64,000 nt of DNA from Muribaculaceae bacterium (GTDB taxonomy: Bacteria > Bacteroidota > Bacteroidia > Bacteroidales > Muribaculaceae). The stretch lies in NCBI GenBank assembly GCA_045613305.1, contig JAZLAU010000023.1:59131-123130 (forward strand), in the 5' to 3' direction. Under the pieces are notes generated by a model that saw only the letters and a program-made list of their open reading frames with translations, had not been told where the DNA came from and made no database searches. The position numbers and the translations under genes were made by a program. This document shows positions 1-9,228 of the stretch, piece after piece. Positions within the stretch are counted from its first letter, which is position 1, and every line of letters starts with the position of its first letter.

Positions 1-1139
1 AAAAGTATGAATGCCACAAATGCAGTGCACATGGCGATGTGTGTGCGTTTGCGTAGCTTTGTGTCGGATGGGCGTTGCTTAATGTCGACGCAGAAACTTG
101 TTGTGAGTGAGGTGAGTGCGGAGTCGGCGCTGCTAAACGATGCAGCTACAATTCCCAAAGTGAAGAAAATGACAATAGATGTGCCGAGTTGACCAGTAGC
201 GGCAAAAAAGGGCAACAGGGCGTCGGGGTTGTTTGGTAGTGTGCAGCCTTGCTTGTTTGCGAGGGAAATGAGCAATATGCCTAATGCTAAAAACAATAAA
301 TTGACTGGTAAAAATGCCATGCCGTAGGCGCACATGTCTTTTTGGGCATCTTTAAGGGTTTTGCATGTGAGGTTTTTTTGCATCATGTCCTGGTCAAGCC
401 CGGTCATTACTATTACAATGAAAATGCCGCTGAAAAATTGTTTCCAGAAATTTTGTTTAGACGCCCAATCGTCGAACACAAATATTTGGCTATGTGGGTT
501 GTTGGCGATTGTTTTTATTGCGTCGGGCACTGATAATCCGAGTTGAGAAATCACGTTAAACAAGATTATGGCAAGCGCTATAAGCATGCAAGCTGTTTGA
601 ATAGTGTCGGTTACGACCAGCGTTTTTATTCCACCTTGCTTTGTGTAGAGCCAAATTAATGCTACCATGGCTATCACCGTGAGGGAAAATGGTATCCCTA
701 ATTGCGAGAGGACAAACTCATGTAAAATCATGCATACAACATAAAACTTCACTGCAGCACTTGTGAATTTTGAAAGTATGAAGAATGAAGCTCCTGTTAG
801 ATAAGATTTTAGTCCGAATCTGTTGCCTAAGTAGGTGTAGATTGATGTGAGGTTAAGTTTGTAGTAAAGTGGCAGTAGAATGAATGCAACCGCAAAATAT
901 CCAAATATAAATCCGATGCATGTTTGAAGATATGTCATATTGCTGTTGAGCACCATGCCCGGCACGCTCACAAACGACACACCTGAAATAGATGCGCCAA
1001 TCATGCCAAATGCCACAAGATACCATGGCGATTGGCGGTTGCCTCTGAAAAACGAAGAGTTGCTGTCGCCTTTGCCTATAGCCTTGCTAATGAGATAAAT
1101 GACAAGGAAATATGAGATTATGATTGTAATAATAAGCAT
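1..1139 (-). CDS. sodium:solute symporter (SSF) family permease, N-terminal ~379 codons; the gene continues beyond the left window edge
   Basis: Absent from the supplied ORF track because there is no stop inside the window. My translation of the minus strand from ATG 1139..1137 reads [64 protein letters not shown]...[17 protein letters not shown]...[19 protein letters not shown]... and stays open to position 1. It is polytopic with SSF-like motifs. Confidence 0.75.
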   Translation of the reverse strand, partial: [379 protein letters not shown]

Positions 1140-1159
1140 TTTGGCTCAACGGTTATTGG

Positions 1160-2383
1160 TTAATGTTCGGTGAGGTGTTTAATTCTTGAGTGTAAAGTGG
1201 GATGAGAGTAGTGGAAAAATGCATAAGCAGGGTGTGGAGTTAAGTTTGAAAGGCTCTGCTTAGATATGGCTTTAAGCGCAGCGGCTAAATGAAAGTTTGT
1301 GCCGTGTTGTTTGGCAAATTCATCGGCTTGCCACTCGTGCTTTCGAGAGATTATGTTTGAAATAATGTTTAGCACCAAATTGAGCGGTGTAAGTAGAAGT
1401 GAGAAAACCACAAGGTTGAGGTGAAACGATGGCTCGGAGCATCCGGCTGCTTGAGCAATTTGTGTATTGTTGATGGTTAGTCCAAACAGATAGAAAATCA
1501 CGAGATTGACCGTTAACGACATAATCATTGACTTGATTAGGTGGTTGTGCTTATAATGGCCTATTTCATGAGAAAGTACGGCTACTATTTCGTCGGTAGA
1601 AAGTTGTTCGATAAGGGTGTCGTAAAGCACAATGCGCTTTCGGCTTCCAAATCCGGTAAAATAAGCATTGGCGTGGCTAGAGCGTTTTGAACCATCTATA
1701 ACGTAGATGTCTTTTATCTTAAAATCGCAAATTCGACTGAAATCTTCAATTGATTTTCGCAGTTCACCCTCAGGTAGCGGTGTCTGTTTGTTGAAAAGAG
1801 GAACGATGAGGTCGGAATAAAAGAATTGCATAAATATACTTATGGCTGTTACTGAAGCCCAAGCTACAAACCAAAAGTTTTGTTGCATAATTTGGTATAG
1901 CCATGCGAGTAAAGCAATGATTCCGCCTCCGAGTATGGCTGTTATTAAAAGTTCCTTGAGTGAATCTGAAAAGAAAGTTTTAGGAGTCGTCTTGTTGAAT
2001 CCGAAGCGTTGTTCGATGGAAAAAGTGTTATATATGTCGAACGGAATGCTTGGTATCCAAGATGTTAAGAAAATTATGGCGAAAAAGCAAAGTGAAACGA
2101 CAACGGGAGACGATGCTGCCATGTTGGCCCACTGGTTGAATGTGGCGAATAGTCCACATGCGAATAAAATTAAAAGAATCCCTGTGCCTACTATTTCATT
2201 AATTACGCCAAATTGTGACTTTTGTCGGAAATAATCTTGCTGGCGATTGTATGCCGATTCGTCATACATGTCGGAAAGTAATGAAGGTATCTGCTTGCGC
2301 GACGCTTTTATATTTAAATGTGTCAGCGATAAAGATAGAGCGAACTCGAAAATGACTATCGCTAAGATTAACCAATAAAGCAT
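1160..2383 (-). CDS. M48 family zinc metalloprotease (Ste24/CAAX-prenyl-protease-like)
   Basis: 407-aa ORF with the HEIGHYKHNH (HExxH) zinc site, a C-terminal ...HPTLHSRI motif and several N-terminal TM segments. It lies 20 nt upstream of the symporter gene on the same strand. Confidence 0.85.
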   Translation of the reverse strand: MLYWLILAIVIFEFALSLSLTHLNIKASRKQIPSLLSDMYDESAYNRQQDYFRQKSQFGVINEIVGTGILLILFACGLFATFNQWANMAASSPVVVSLCFFAIIFLTSWIPSIPFDIYNTFSIEQRFGFNKTTPKTFFSDSLKELLITAILGGGIIALLAWLYQIMQQNFWFVAWASVTAISIFMQFFYSDLIVPLFNKQTPLPEGELRKSIEDFSRICDFKIKDIYVIDGSKRSSHANAYFTGFGSRKRIVLYDTLIEQLSTDEIVAVLSHEIGHYKHNHLIKSMIMSLTVNLVIFYLFGLTINNTQIAQAAGCSEPSFHLNLVVFSLLLTPLNLVLNIISNIISRKHEWQADEFAKQHGTNFHLAAALKAISKQSLSNLTPHPAYAFFHYSHPTLHSRIKHLTEH

Positions 2384-2496
2384 ATTATAAGTGTTTGTTG
2401 ATGACTAATGAATTGTAAAAATAACCAATTATTAAAAGTCGTGCAAATAGTTGCGGATATAATAATAATGTTGGCATAACTTAAAGAAAATTATTG

Positions 2497-2504
2497 TAAA
2501 TTTG
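2497..2504 (+). promoter_or_regulatory. -7 box (TAAATTTG) of the acyltransferase-3 gene
   Basis: The motif ends 22 nt upstream of ATG 2527. Confidence 0.35.
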
Positions 2505-2526
2505 GAGTAATAAATAGTTAACTAAA

Positions 2527-3585
2527 ATGGTAAAGAATAGAGAATCGAATCTTGAGCTATATAGAATTATAGTGATGTTGATGATTGTTGCTCATCACTA
2601 TGTGGTAAATTCGGGCTTAATTGGTGTTGTGGATTTGGTGCCTACGTCGTTAAAATCAATATATTTATATTTGTTTGGGGCTTGGGGGAAAATAGGCATT
2701 AATTGTTTTGTTTTAATTACAGGATTTTACATGTGTAAGTCACATATTACAATACGTAAATTTGTGATGCTTGTATTGCAGGTTATATTTTATAATGTAG
2801 TTGTGTATATGGCTTTTGTAATATGTGGTTATAAGAATTTTGATATAAAAGAAGCTATAACGTTATTTTTGCCGGTTAAAAATATTGTTGATGGGTTTAC
2901 AAGTTGCTTCATTGTCTTTTATTTGTTTATACCATTTTTGTCTATATTGGTAAATAATTTAACGAAGAAACAACATTTAGCGTTGATTGTTTTGTGCTTG
3001 AGCGTATTTACATTGTGGGCAATGTTGCCATGGTATTCAGTTAGAAGTAACTATGTCGTATGGTTTAGTGTATTGTTTTTTATTGGTTCTTATTTGAGAA
3101 TGTATAATGTTGGAGAGTATATTTCATCCAAGAAATGGGCTAGAGGTTTATTGTTGTCAATTGTTTTATCAAGTTTAAGTGTTGTTTGTTTAATCTTCTT
3201 AGGAAAAAATGACAATGCATATTACTTTGTTGCTGATTCTAATGCGATATTGGCAGTTGTAACAAGTTTGTCTGCTTTTATGTTCTTTAAAAGTTTAAAG
3301 ATTAAATATAGCAAAGTGATTAATGTAATAGGTGCATCTACGTTTGGGGTGCTGTTAATACATGCCAATAGTGGGACTATGCGTATTTGGTTATGGCGAG
3401 ATTTATTAGATAATATAGGCTGGTATGATAAGAATATATATTTACATTCAATTGTGTCGGTTTTGCTGGTGTTTACAATATGCTCAATTCTTGAAATTAT
3501 TAGGAAAAAATATATAGAAAAGCCAATGTTTGTATATTTAGATAAGTTTTTCGAAGAAAAGAAATGTGTAAAATATTGGAATTGA
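2527..3585 (+). CDS. acyltransferase family 3 (membrane O-acyltransferase, OafA/WecH-like)
   Basis: 352-aa polytopic ORF. The N-terminal ...NLELYRIIVMLMIVAHHY... R/H motif and roughly 10 hydrophobic segments are typical of Acyl_transf_3. Confidence 0.8.
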   Translation: MVKNRESNLELYRIIVMLMIVAHHYVVNSGLIGVVDLVPTSLKSIYLYLFGAWGKIGINCFVLITGFYMCKSHITIRKFVMLVLQVIFYNVVVYMAFVICGYKNFDIKEAITLFLPVKNIVDGFTSCFIVFYLFIPFLSILVNNLTKKQHLALIVLCLSVFTLWAMLPWYSVRSNYVVWFSVLFFIGSYLRMYNVGEYISSKKWARGLLLSIVLSSLSVVCLIFLGKNDNAYYFVADSNAILAVVTSLSAFMFFKSLKIKYSKVINVIGASTFGVLLIHANSGTMRIWLWRDLLDNIGWYDKNIYLHSIVSVLLVFTICSILEIIRKKYIEKPMFVYLDKFFEEKKCVKYWN

Positions 3586-3587
3586 GT

Positions 3588-4211
3588 ATGAAAGAAGAAT
3601 TGGTAAAATATATTGAGAGTGAAATAATTCCTCGTTATGAAAACTTTGATGCGGCGCATGGTGTGGCGCATGTACGTTATGTTATAGATGAAAGTCTGCG
3701 CTTGGCGCAATATTTTGATGTGGACGTTAATATGGTTTATGCCATAGCTGCTTATCACGACACTGGATTGTGTGAGGGGCGTGCAACGCATCATGTGGTG
3801 TCGGGGCGAATTGTAATGGAAGATGAGAAGCTTAAGGCTTTCTTTTCAGATTCGCAGTTGCAGACTATGAGGGACGCTGTGGAGGACCATCGTGCATCGA
3901 ATGAACATGCCCCTCGAAGTGTGTACGGCTGTATAGTTGCTGAAGCTGACCGTCAAATCGACCCAATGGTAACTATACGCCGAACTATTCAATATGGGCT
4001 TTCGCATTATCCGGAATTGGGAGAAGAGGAGCAGTACGAGAGAATGCTTTTGCATTTACACGAAAAATATGCTGAGGGTGGTTATTTGAAACTGTATGTA
4101 AAGCAGTCTTCAAATGCTGAAAGATTGGCGCAATTAAGGAAAATAATTGTCGATGAAGAGCAGTTGAATGCAATATTTTGTAGGATATATGCAGAAGAAA
4201 CCGAAGCCTAA
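3588..4211 (+). CDS. HD-domain metal-dependent phosphohydrolase
   Basis: AAYHDTGL (HD motif) plus additional His/Asp residues (EDHRAS, EADRQ). The start was moved to ATG 3588, just after the upstream stop; the track ORF begins 24 nt earlier, inside the upstream gene. Confidence 0.75.
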   Translation: MKEELVKYIESEIIPRYENFDAAHGVAHVRYVIDESLRLAQYFDVDVNMVYAIAAYHDTGLCEGRATHHVVSGRIVMEDEKLKAFFSDSQLQTMRDAVEDHRASNEHAPRSVYGCIVAEADRQIDPMVTIRRTIQYGLSHYPELGEEEQYERMLLHLHEKYAEGGYLKLYVKQSSNAERLAQLRKIIVDEEQLNAIFCRIYAEETEA

Positions 4212-4214
4212 TGC

Positions 4215-5048
4215 TTAAAGGTCGATGTGCGTTGGGCTAATGTTTTCTTCAAGGAATATTGATGCCAAATCTCCAAATTTTTCTGCTGATTCGGTTGTTA
4301 AATATTTGCAAGAAGCACCTTTTGAAAGCCTTTGCTCCATTTCGTGGTGTCGGCTTAAATAGTCTTTAAGGCTTTCGGCCACAATTGGCCCTTGTTGAAC
4401 AATGTTGATTCCGCAGGGTGTGTATTGCTCTATTTTGTTGATTAGCAGCGGGTAATGTGTGCAACCTAAAATGATAGAATCGATGTTGGCATCCATCGAA
4501 AGGAGTTGTTTTATGTCTTTTTCTACAAAATAGTCGGCTCCTGGGTTGCAGTATTCCTTATTTTCAATTAAAGGCACCCACATAGGGCAGGCGTGACCTG
4601 AGGTTTTGAAGTGTGGGTGAAGTTTGCTAATCTCGATGTTGTAAGATTCGCTTTGAATGGTGCCAGGTGTGCCAAAAATGCCCACACTGCCGGTTTTAGA
4701 AATGTTGCCTATTTGTTCTACTGTAGGTCTGATTACTCCAAGCACTCTTCGGTTTGGGTCAATCAGTGGCAGGTCGTTTTGCTGAATAGTGCGCAATGCT
4801 TTAGCAGATGCTGTGTTACATGCTAAAATCACTAATTGGCATCCTTGAGAGAAGAGATATTTTACGGCTTGAAGGGTGAAGCGGTAAACGATGTCAAACG
4901 AACGTGAACCGTAAGGAGCACGGGCATTATCGCCAAGGAATAGGTAATCGTAGTCAGGTAAAGTTTTGCGGATGTCTTTTAGAATAGTAAGACCTCCAAA
5001 ACCAGAGTCGAATATGCCTATTGGAGAATATGTTTTAGTGTTTGACAT
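4215..5048 (-). CDS. murI: glutamate racemase
   Basis: IGIFDSGFGGLT, ...ILACNTASA... and ...ILGCTHYPLL... are the two catalytic-Cys motifs of MurI. Length is 277 aa. Confidence 0.95.
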   Translation of the reverse strand: MSNTKTYSPIGIFDSGFGGLTILKDIRKTLPDYDYLFLGDNARAPYGSRSFDIVYRFTLQAVKYLFSQGCQLVILACNTASAKALRTIQQNDLPLIDPNRRVLGVIRPTVEQIGNISKTGSVGIFGTPGTIQSESYNIEISKLHPHFKTSGHACPMWVPLIENKEYCNPGADYFVEKDIKQLLSMDANIDSIILGCTHYPLLINKIEQYTPCGINIVQQGPIVAESLKDYLSRHHEMEQRLSKGASCKYLTTESAEKFGDLASIFLEENISPTHIDL

Positions 5049-5189
5049 TATTAAAAGAGTTATTATTTGTATGCTTCAAAATTCTTATGCAAAAATAAGG
5101 ACAAAGTTTGAAATATTAGCTTAAAGTTAATGAAAAGCTTATTAAAACAATTGTTCAGATAGTTAATGTAGGACCAACAAGGAAAAATA

Positions 5190-6317
5190 TTAACTGTTGA
5201 AGCCGTTTATGATTTGAGCTATAATTGTGGCATCGTTAGGCGTTAGTGGCGCTGCTATCGGAAGGCTCACAAGTTGATTAGCGATTTTTTCGGTAACTGG
5301 CATTTGAATGTCGGCAAATTCGTTGTAGCATGGTTGCTTGTGAGGCGGAATTTCGTAGTGAATGTCAGTTTCGATACCGTTTATTTTTAAGTATTCGCGA
5401 AATTCCTCTCGTTCAGCGATTTGAATAGGGTATTGGTGCCAAACTTGTCGCATATCAGTGAAAATTGTTGGTTTTGTAACCAGTTGGTTTTTTATTTCAC
5501 GATTATATGCTTCAGCAATAGAACGTCGTCGGGCTGTTTCTTGGTCAAGATGTCGAAGTTTCACTCTCAAAACGGCCGCTTGTATTTCATCCATACGGCA
5601 ATTGTATCCTTTGTAGATGTTGTGATAACGGCGGTCAGAGCCGTAATTGGCTAAGGCCCTTACGATATTTGCTATTTTCTCGTTGTTAGTGGTTATTGCA
5701 CCGGCGTCGCCAAAAGCTCCAAGATTTTTAGTTGGATAGAAGCTGTTAGCGGCAGCGTTGCCAAGTCCGCCGGTGGCTTTTGTGCCGTGAATTCCGCAGC
5801 ATGAAGCCTTCGCTCCAATTGCCTGAGCGTTATCTTCAATAATTACGAGGTCGTAATCTTGGGCAAGGCGTATGATGGTTTCATCCCAACATGGGTTGCC
5901 ATATAAGTGTACGGGCATAATGGCGCGAGTGCGTGCATTAATCACCTCTTCAATCTTAGATGTGTTGATGTTTAAAGTAATAGGGTCCATGTCGACTAAT
6001 CGAGGTATTAGCCCATTGTCGCTGATTGCTAATAATGATGCAATGTAGGTGTTGGCCGACACGATAATTTCGTCTCCGTCGCAAAAAATGCCTTCTTCTT
6101 TATATGCTCTAATGATTAGCCGTAGAGCATCAAGTCCGTTGCTTACGGCAACGCAGAATTTTGTTTGGCAGAGGTTTGCAATTTCATTCTCGAGAGTAGC
6201 AGTTTCTTCGCCGTGGAGGTAGATGCCGGAGTCGATTACTTTGCACACGGCGTCTTTTATTTCATTGATGTGCTGCGAATTGGCATGCTTTAGGTTGAGA
6301 AACGGAAACTTTTTCAT
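5190..6317 (-). CDS. DegT/DnrJ/EryC1/StrS-family PLP aminotransferase (NDP-keto-6-deoxyhexose transaminase, FdtB/WecE-like)
   Basis: 375 aa with ...NSFYPTKNLGAFGDAGAITTN... (PLP-lysine motif). It lies 6 nt downstream of two FdtA-like cupin genes on the same strand. Confidence 0.85.
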   Translation of the reverse strand: MKKFPFLNLKHANSQHINEIKDAVCKVIDSGIYLHGEETATLENEIANLCQTKFCVAVSNGLDALRLIIRAYKEEGIFCDGDEIIVSANTYIASLLAISDNGLIPRLVDMDPITLNINTSKIEEVINARTRAIMPVHLYGNPCWDETIIRLAQDYDLVIIEDNAQAIGAKASCCGIHGTKATGGLGNAAANSFYPTKNLGAFGDAGAITTNNEKIANIVRALANYGSDRRYHNIYKGYNCRMDEIQAAVLRVKLRHLDQETARRRSIAEAYNREIKNQLVTKPTIFTDMRQVWHQYPIQIAEREEFREYLKINGIETDIHYEIPPHKQPCYNEFADIQMPVTEKIANQLVSLPIAAPLTPNDATIIAQIINGFNS

Positions 6318-6323
6318 AATATA

Positions 6324-6752
6324 TTATTTCAGAATTGCTGCTTTAAAGTCGTCGTAGTTGCGAATATAGTCAGATTCAATATATTTGTTTGAAGCAATAA
6401 CTAAACAAACCGAACCTCCAGAGAAATTTTCAAGAGTGTTCCAAATGCCTGGGGCAATGAGCAGCGCTTGATTTGGGCGGTTTAGCGTGAATCGTTTTTT
6501 ATTGTAACCATCATCAGCAATTACGTCAAAGCAACCACTAGCCGCTACAATAAGAGAATAGCACTCTTTGTGAGAATGTCCTCCACGTTCGGCACCAGCA
6601 GGAACGTCGTATAGGTAATAAACACGCTCGGTGTCAAAAGGTATTTCTTTTCCGTTTTGCACAACGGTTAAATTGCCGTTTCGGTGATGGTTCATCTCAA
6701 GATTGATGATGTGGCAATCGCTGATGTTAGTTTTTCCGTGGTAGTCGTTCAT
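6324..6752 (-). CDS. NDP-4-keto-6-deoxyhexose 3,4-ketoisomerase (FdtA/QdtA/WxcM-C cupin), canonical copy
   Basis: 142 aa. ...RVYYLYDVPAGAERGGHSHK... matches the RGxHxHK active-site motif of FdtA-type isomerases. Its ATG overlaps the stop of the upstream paralog (ATGA at 6749..6752). Confidence 0.75.
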   Translation of the reverse strand: MNDYHGKTNISDCHIINLEMNHHRNGNLTVVQNGKEIPFDTERVYYLYDVPAGAERGGHSHKECYSLIVAASGCFDVIADDGYNKKRFTLNRPNQALLIAPGIWNTLENFSGGSVCLVIASNKYIESDYIRNYDDFKAAILK

Positions 6753-7153
6753 AATTTCAATAATTTAAATTGTTCGAAATCACGGATGTATTCCTCTTCG
6801 GAGAAATTTGTAGAAGCGAGAACAAGCACAACAGAGTTGGTTGAGAAGTTATCGATGCTGCGCCAGGTCATGGCCGGTATGTAAAGGCCATAGTTAGAAC
6901 GAGCCATGTGGAAACGTTGCTCCTTTTGACCGTCGTTAATTACGATATCGAAACTGCCAGATAGGGCCACTATGAATTCTTCTTGAGAACGGAATGCATG
7001 CCCGTCGCGGTATTGACCGCCAGGAACGTCATAAATCCAATATGTGCGTCTGATATTGAAAGGTATGTGATTGCTACTCTCAATAAACGATAAGTTGCCT
7101 CGTTCGTCAAGCAATTTTGGAAGGTCTATTATTTTAGCAATCGGTGATGACAT
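6749..7153 (-). CDS. FdtA/WxcM-like cupin, divergent copy (second active-site His replaced by Phe)
   Basis: 134 aa, alignable residue for residue with the neighbouring copy. It reads ...RTYWIYDVPGGQYRDGHAFRS... where the neighbour has RGGHSHK. Confidence 0.7.
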   Translation of the reverse strand: MSSPIAKIIDLPKLLDERGNLSFIESSNHIPFNIRRTYWIYDVPGGQYRDGHAFRSQEEFIVALSGSFDIVINDGQKEQRFHMARSNYGLYIPAMTWRSIDNFSTNSVVLVLASTNFSEEEYIRDFEQFKLLKL

Positions 7154-7170
7154 ATTAAATGATTATATAG

Positions 7171-7178
7171 CAAATTTA
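7171..7178 (-). promoter_or_regulatory. -7 box (TAAATTTG) of the cupin-cupin-aminotransferase operon
   Basis: The motif ends 17 nt upstream of ATG 7153 and lies just downstream of the tsf terminator. Confidence 0.4.
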
Positions 7179-7242
7179 ATTATAAAAGGTGAATAATAAA
7201 AATTATAAGTGCGAGAGAGTATAAATAAGTGCAATAAAACAC

Positions 7243-7277
7243 AAAAAAGAAAGGCATACGAATTCGTATGCCTTTCT
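7243..7277 (-). terminator. intrinsic terminator after tsf
   Basis: Perfect palindrome GAAAGGCATACGAATTCGTATGCCTTTC (7249..7276). The plus-strand A-run at 7243..7248 gives a T-tract on the minus strand. Confidence 0.85.
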
Positions 7278-7299
7278 TGAGCTTGTATTAATTATAAAA

Positions 7300-8292
7300 T
7301 TAATTGTCAGCATTTAGGTTAACTCGCTTGAAAGCAGTAGCCTTAAGGTCCTTGTCGGCCTTTTGAAGGTAAGCAGCAACTGTTTCCTTAGTGTCGCCAA
7401 GTTCTTGTTCCATAAGAACGTTGTCCTTGAAGAACTTGTTAAGACGACCCTTAGCGATGTTTTGAATCATAGCGTCGTTAAGGTTAGCAGCCTTTTCAGC
7501 AGCAACAGCTTCCTTAATTTCGCGAGCCTTAGCAGCTTCTTCTTCAGTCAACCAGCCCTTAGCGATGTTAGAAGCGATGTGGTCTTCAGAGTCAACAAGG
7601 TTAGGGTTCAAGCCAGCCTTAGTAAGAGCGTTGTCAACAGCCTTCTTAACCAATTCAAGCTTAGTCTTGTCGATAGCTGCTGTCATTTCTTGTTGCTTAA
7701 CGTTTTCAGGAACTTCGTCGATAGTAACAGCGATTGGGTTCATAGAAGCAACTTGCATAGCGATTTCGCGAGCAACTTCGTCAGAGATTTCGCACTTGTT
7801 GAAACCAACGATAGCAGCAAGTTTGCCGTTGAAGTGGTTGTAAGCAACCACCTTAGCAGCTTCAACTGCTTCGTAAGCACCGATTTCCATCTTTTCACCA
7901 GTCTTACCTGTTTCTTCAACAACGCGTTCAGCTACAGTGCGTTTGCCAAGCTTAAGTTCCTTAACTTCATCAAGAGTCTTAACCTTAGCTTCAAGAGCAG
8001 CTTGAAGGATTTCGTTAGTTAGAGACTTGAAACCATCAGTAGCAGCCACGAAGTCAGTTTCGCACTTAAGAGAAACTACTGCAGCAAATTCGCCGTTAAC
8101 GCCAGCGATAGCGCGACCTTCAGAAGCGTCGCGGTCTTCGCGCTTAGCAGCGATAGCAAGACCTTTCTTGCGGATGATTTCGATAGCGGCATCGATGTCG
8201 TTGTTAGTTTCTACAAGAGCCTTCTTGCAGTCCATGATGCCAGCGCCAGTCATTTTACGAAGTTTATTGATATCAGCGATAGTAACTGCCAT
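7300..8292 (-). CDS. tsf: translation elongation factor Ts
   Basis: MAVTIADINKLRKMTGAGIMDCKKAL is the EF-Ts N-terminus. The start was set at ATG 8292; the track ORF adds 21 leader codons. Confidence 0.95.
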   Translation of the reverse strand: MAVTIADINKLRKMTGAGIMDCKKALVETNNDIDAAIEIIRKKGLAIAAKREDRDASEGRAIAGVNGEFAAVVSLKCETDFVAATDGFKSLTNEILQAALEAKVKTLDEVKELKLGKRTVAERVVEETGKTGEKMEIGAYEAVEAAKVVAYNHFNGKLAAIVGFNKCEISDEVAREIAMQVASMNPIAVTIDEVPENVKQQEMTAAIDKTKLELVKKAVDNALTKAGLNPNLVDSEDHIASNIAKGWLTEEEAAKAREIKEAVAAEKAANLNDAMIQNIAKGRLNKFFKDNVLMEQELGDTKETVAAYLQKADKDLKATAFKRVNLNADN

Positions 8293-8329
8293 ATCTGTCT
8301 TAGTTTTTTTAGTTGTTAGAAAATAATAA

Positions 8330-9130
8330 TTATTCAGCAGCTGTTTCTTCAGCAACTGGAGCAGCCTTGCGGCCTACGCGAGCGCGTTTTGGCTTAGCAA
8401 CAACTTCTTCGCCTTCAGCGTCCTTGTTGTCAACCTTTTCAACCTTGCGTTCTTCAAGACCTTCTTGCATTGCAGCACAAACGGTGTCAAGTACAAGTTC
8501 GATAGACTTAGAAGCGTCGTCGTTAGCTGGGATAACGAAGTCGATGTTAGTTGGGTCGCTGTTAGTGTCAACGATGCCGAAAACTGGAATACCAAGACGG
8601 TTAGCTTCAGCAACTGCGATGTGTTCCTTCATAACGTCAACAACGAAAAGAGCAGAAGGTAGACGGCTTAGGTCAGCGATGCTGCCAAGGTTCTTTTCAA
8701 GTTTAGCGCGTTGACGAGTGATTTGAAGTTTTTCGCGCTTTGACAAGTTGTCGAAAGTACCATCCTTAGCCATCTTGTCGATAGCAGCCATCTTCTTGAT
8801 AGCCTTGCGGATAGTAGGGAAGTTAGTAAGCATACCGCCTGGCCAGCGTTCGATAACGTAAGGCATGCCTACAGAAGTAGCCTTGTCAGCAATTACTTGC
8901 TTAGCTTGCTTCTTAGTTGCAACGAAAAGCACGCGCTTTCCTGATTTAGCTATGTTCTTAAGAGCGTTAGCTGCTTCTTCAACCTTAGCTTGAGTCTTAT
9001 ATAGGTCAATGATGTGGATACCATTGCGCTCCATGAAAATGTAAGGAGCCATTGCAGGATTCCATTTTCTCTTTAGGTGTCCGAAGTGACATCCTGCTTC
9101 AAGTAGTTGTTCAAAACTTGGTGTTGCCAT
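8330..9130 (-). CDS. rpsB: 30S ribosomal protein S2
   Basis: ...LLEAGCHFGHLKRKWNPAMAPYIFMERNGIHIIDL... is a typical uS2 sequence. There is an acidic/basic C-terminal tail. Confidence 0.97.
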   Translation of the reverse strand: MATPSFEQLLEAGCHFGHLKRKWNPAMAPYIFMERNGIHIIDLYKTQAKVEEAANALKNIAKSGKRVLFVATKKQAKQVIADKATSVGMPYVIERWPGGMLTNFPTIRKAIKKMAAIDKMAKDGTFDNLSKREKLQITRQRAKLEKNLGSIADLSRLPSALFVVDVMKEHIAVAEANRLGIPVFGIVDTNSDPTNIDFVIPANDDASKSIELVLDTVCAAMQEGLEERKVEKVDNKDAEGEEVVAKPKRARVGRKAAPVAEETAAE

Positions 9131-9180
9131 TTTGATTTAATTTTTTTAATGTTGTTTACTTTCGTTTTTTGTTTTAATCA

Positions 9181-9228
9181 ATTGCATGGTAGCCACCGAC
9201 ACTCTCGTGCAGTGAGAGTCCACGCAAT
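9181..9228 (-). promoter_or_regulatory. nested stem-loop in the rpsI-rpsB spacer (candidate rpsB leader element)
   Basis: The minus strand reads ATTGCGTGG-ACTCTC-ACTGCAC-GAGAGT-GTCGGTGGCTA-CCATGCAAT. The outer helix is 9 bp with one G:U pair and the inner helix is 6 bp. No T-tract follows, so it is not a terminator. Confidence 0.3.

Noticed and set aside
7363-8022. 219-aa plus-strand ORF (with 7565..7843 and 8027..8326) antisense to tsf.
   Set aside because: It lies entirely inside the well-supported EF-Ts gene. The translation is low-complexity and Ser/Leu/Val/Phe-rich, as expected for the antisense frame of a highly expressed gene.
8313-8714. 133-aa plus-strand ORF antisense to rpsB.
   Set aside because: Same reasoning: it is the mirror frame of the S2 gene, with an Ala/Ser/Thr/Leu-rich nonsense-like sequence.
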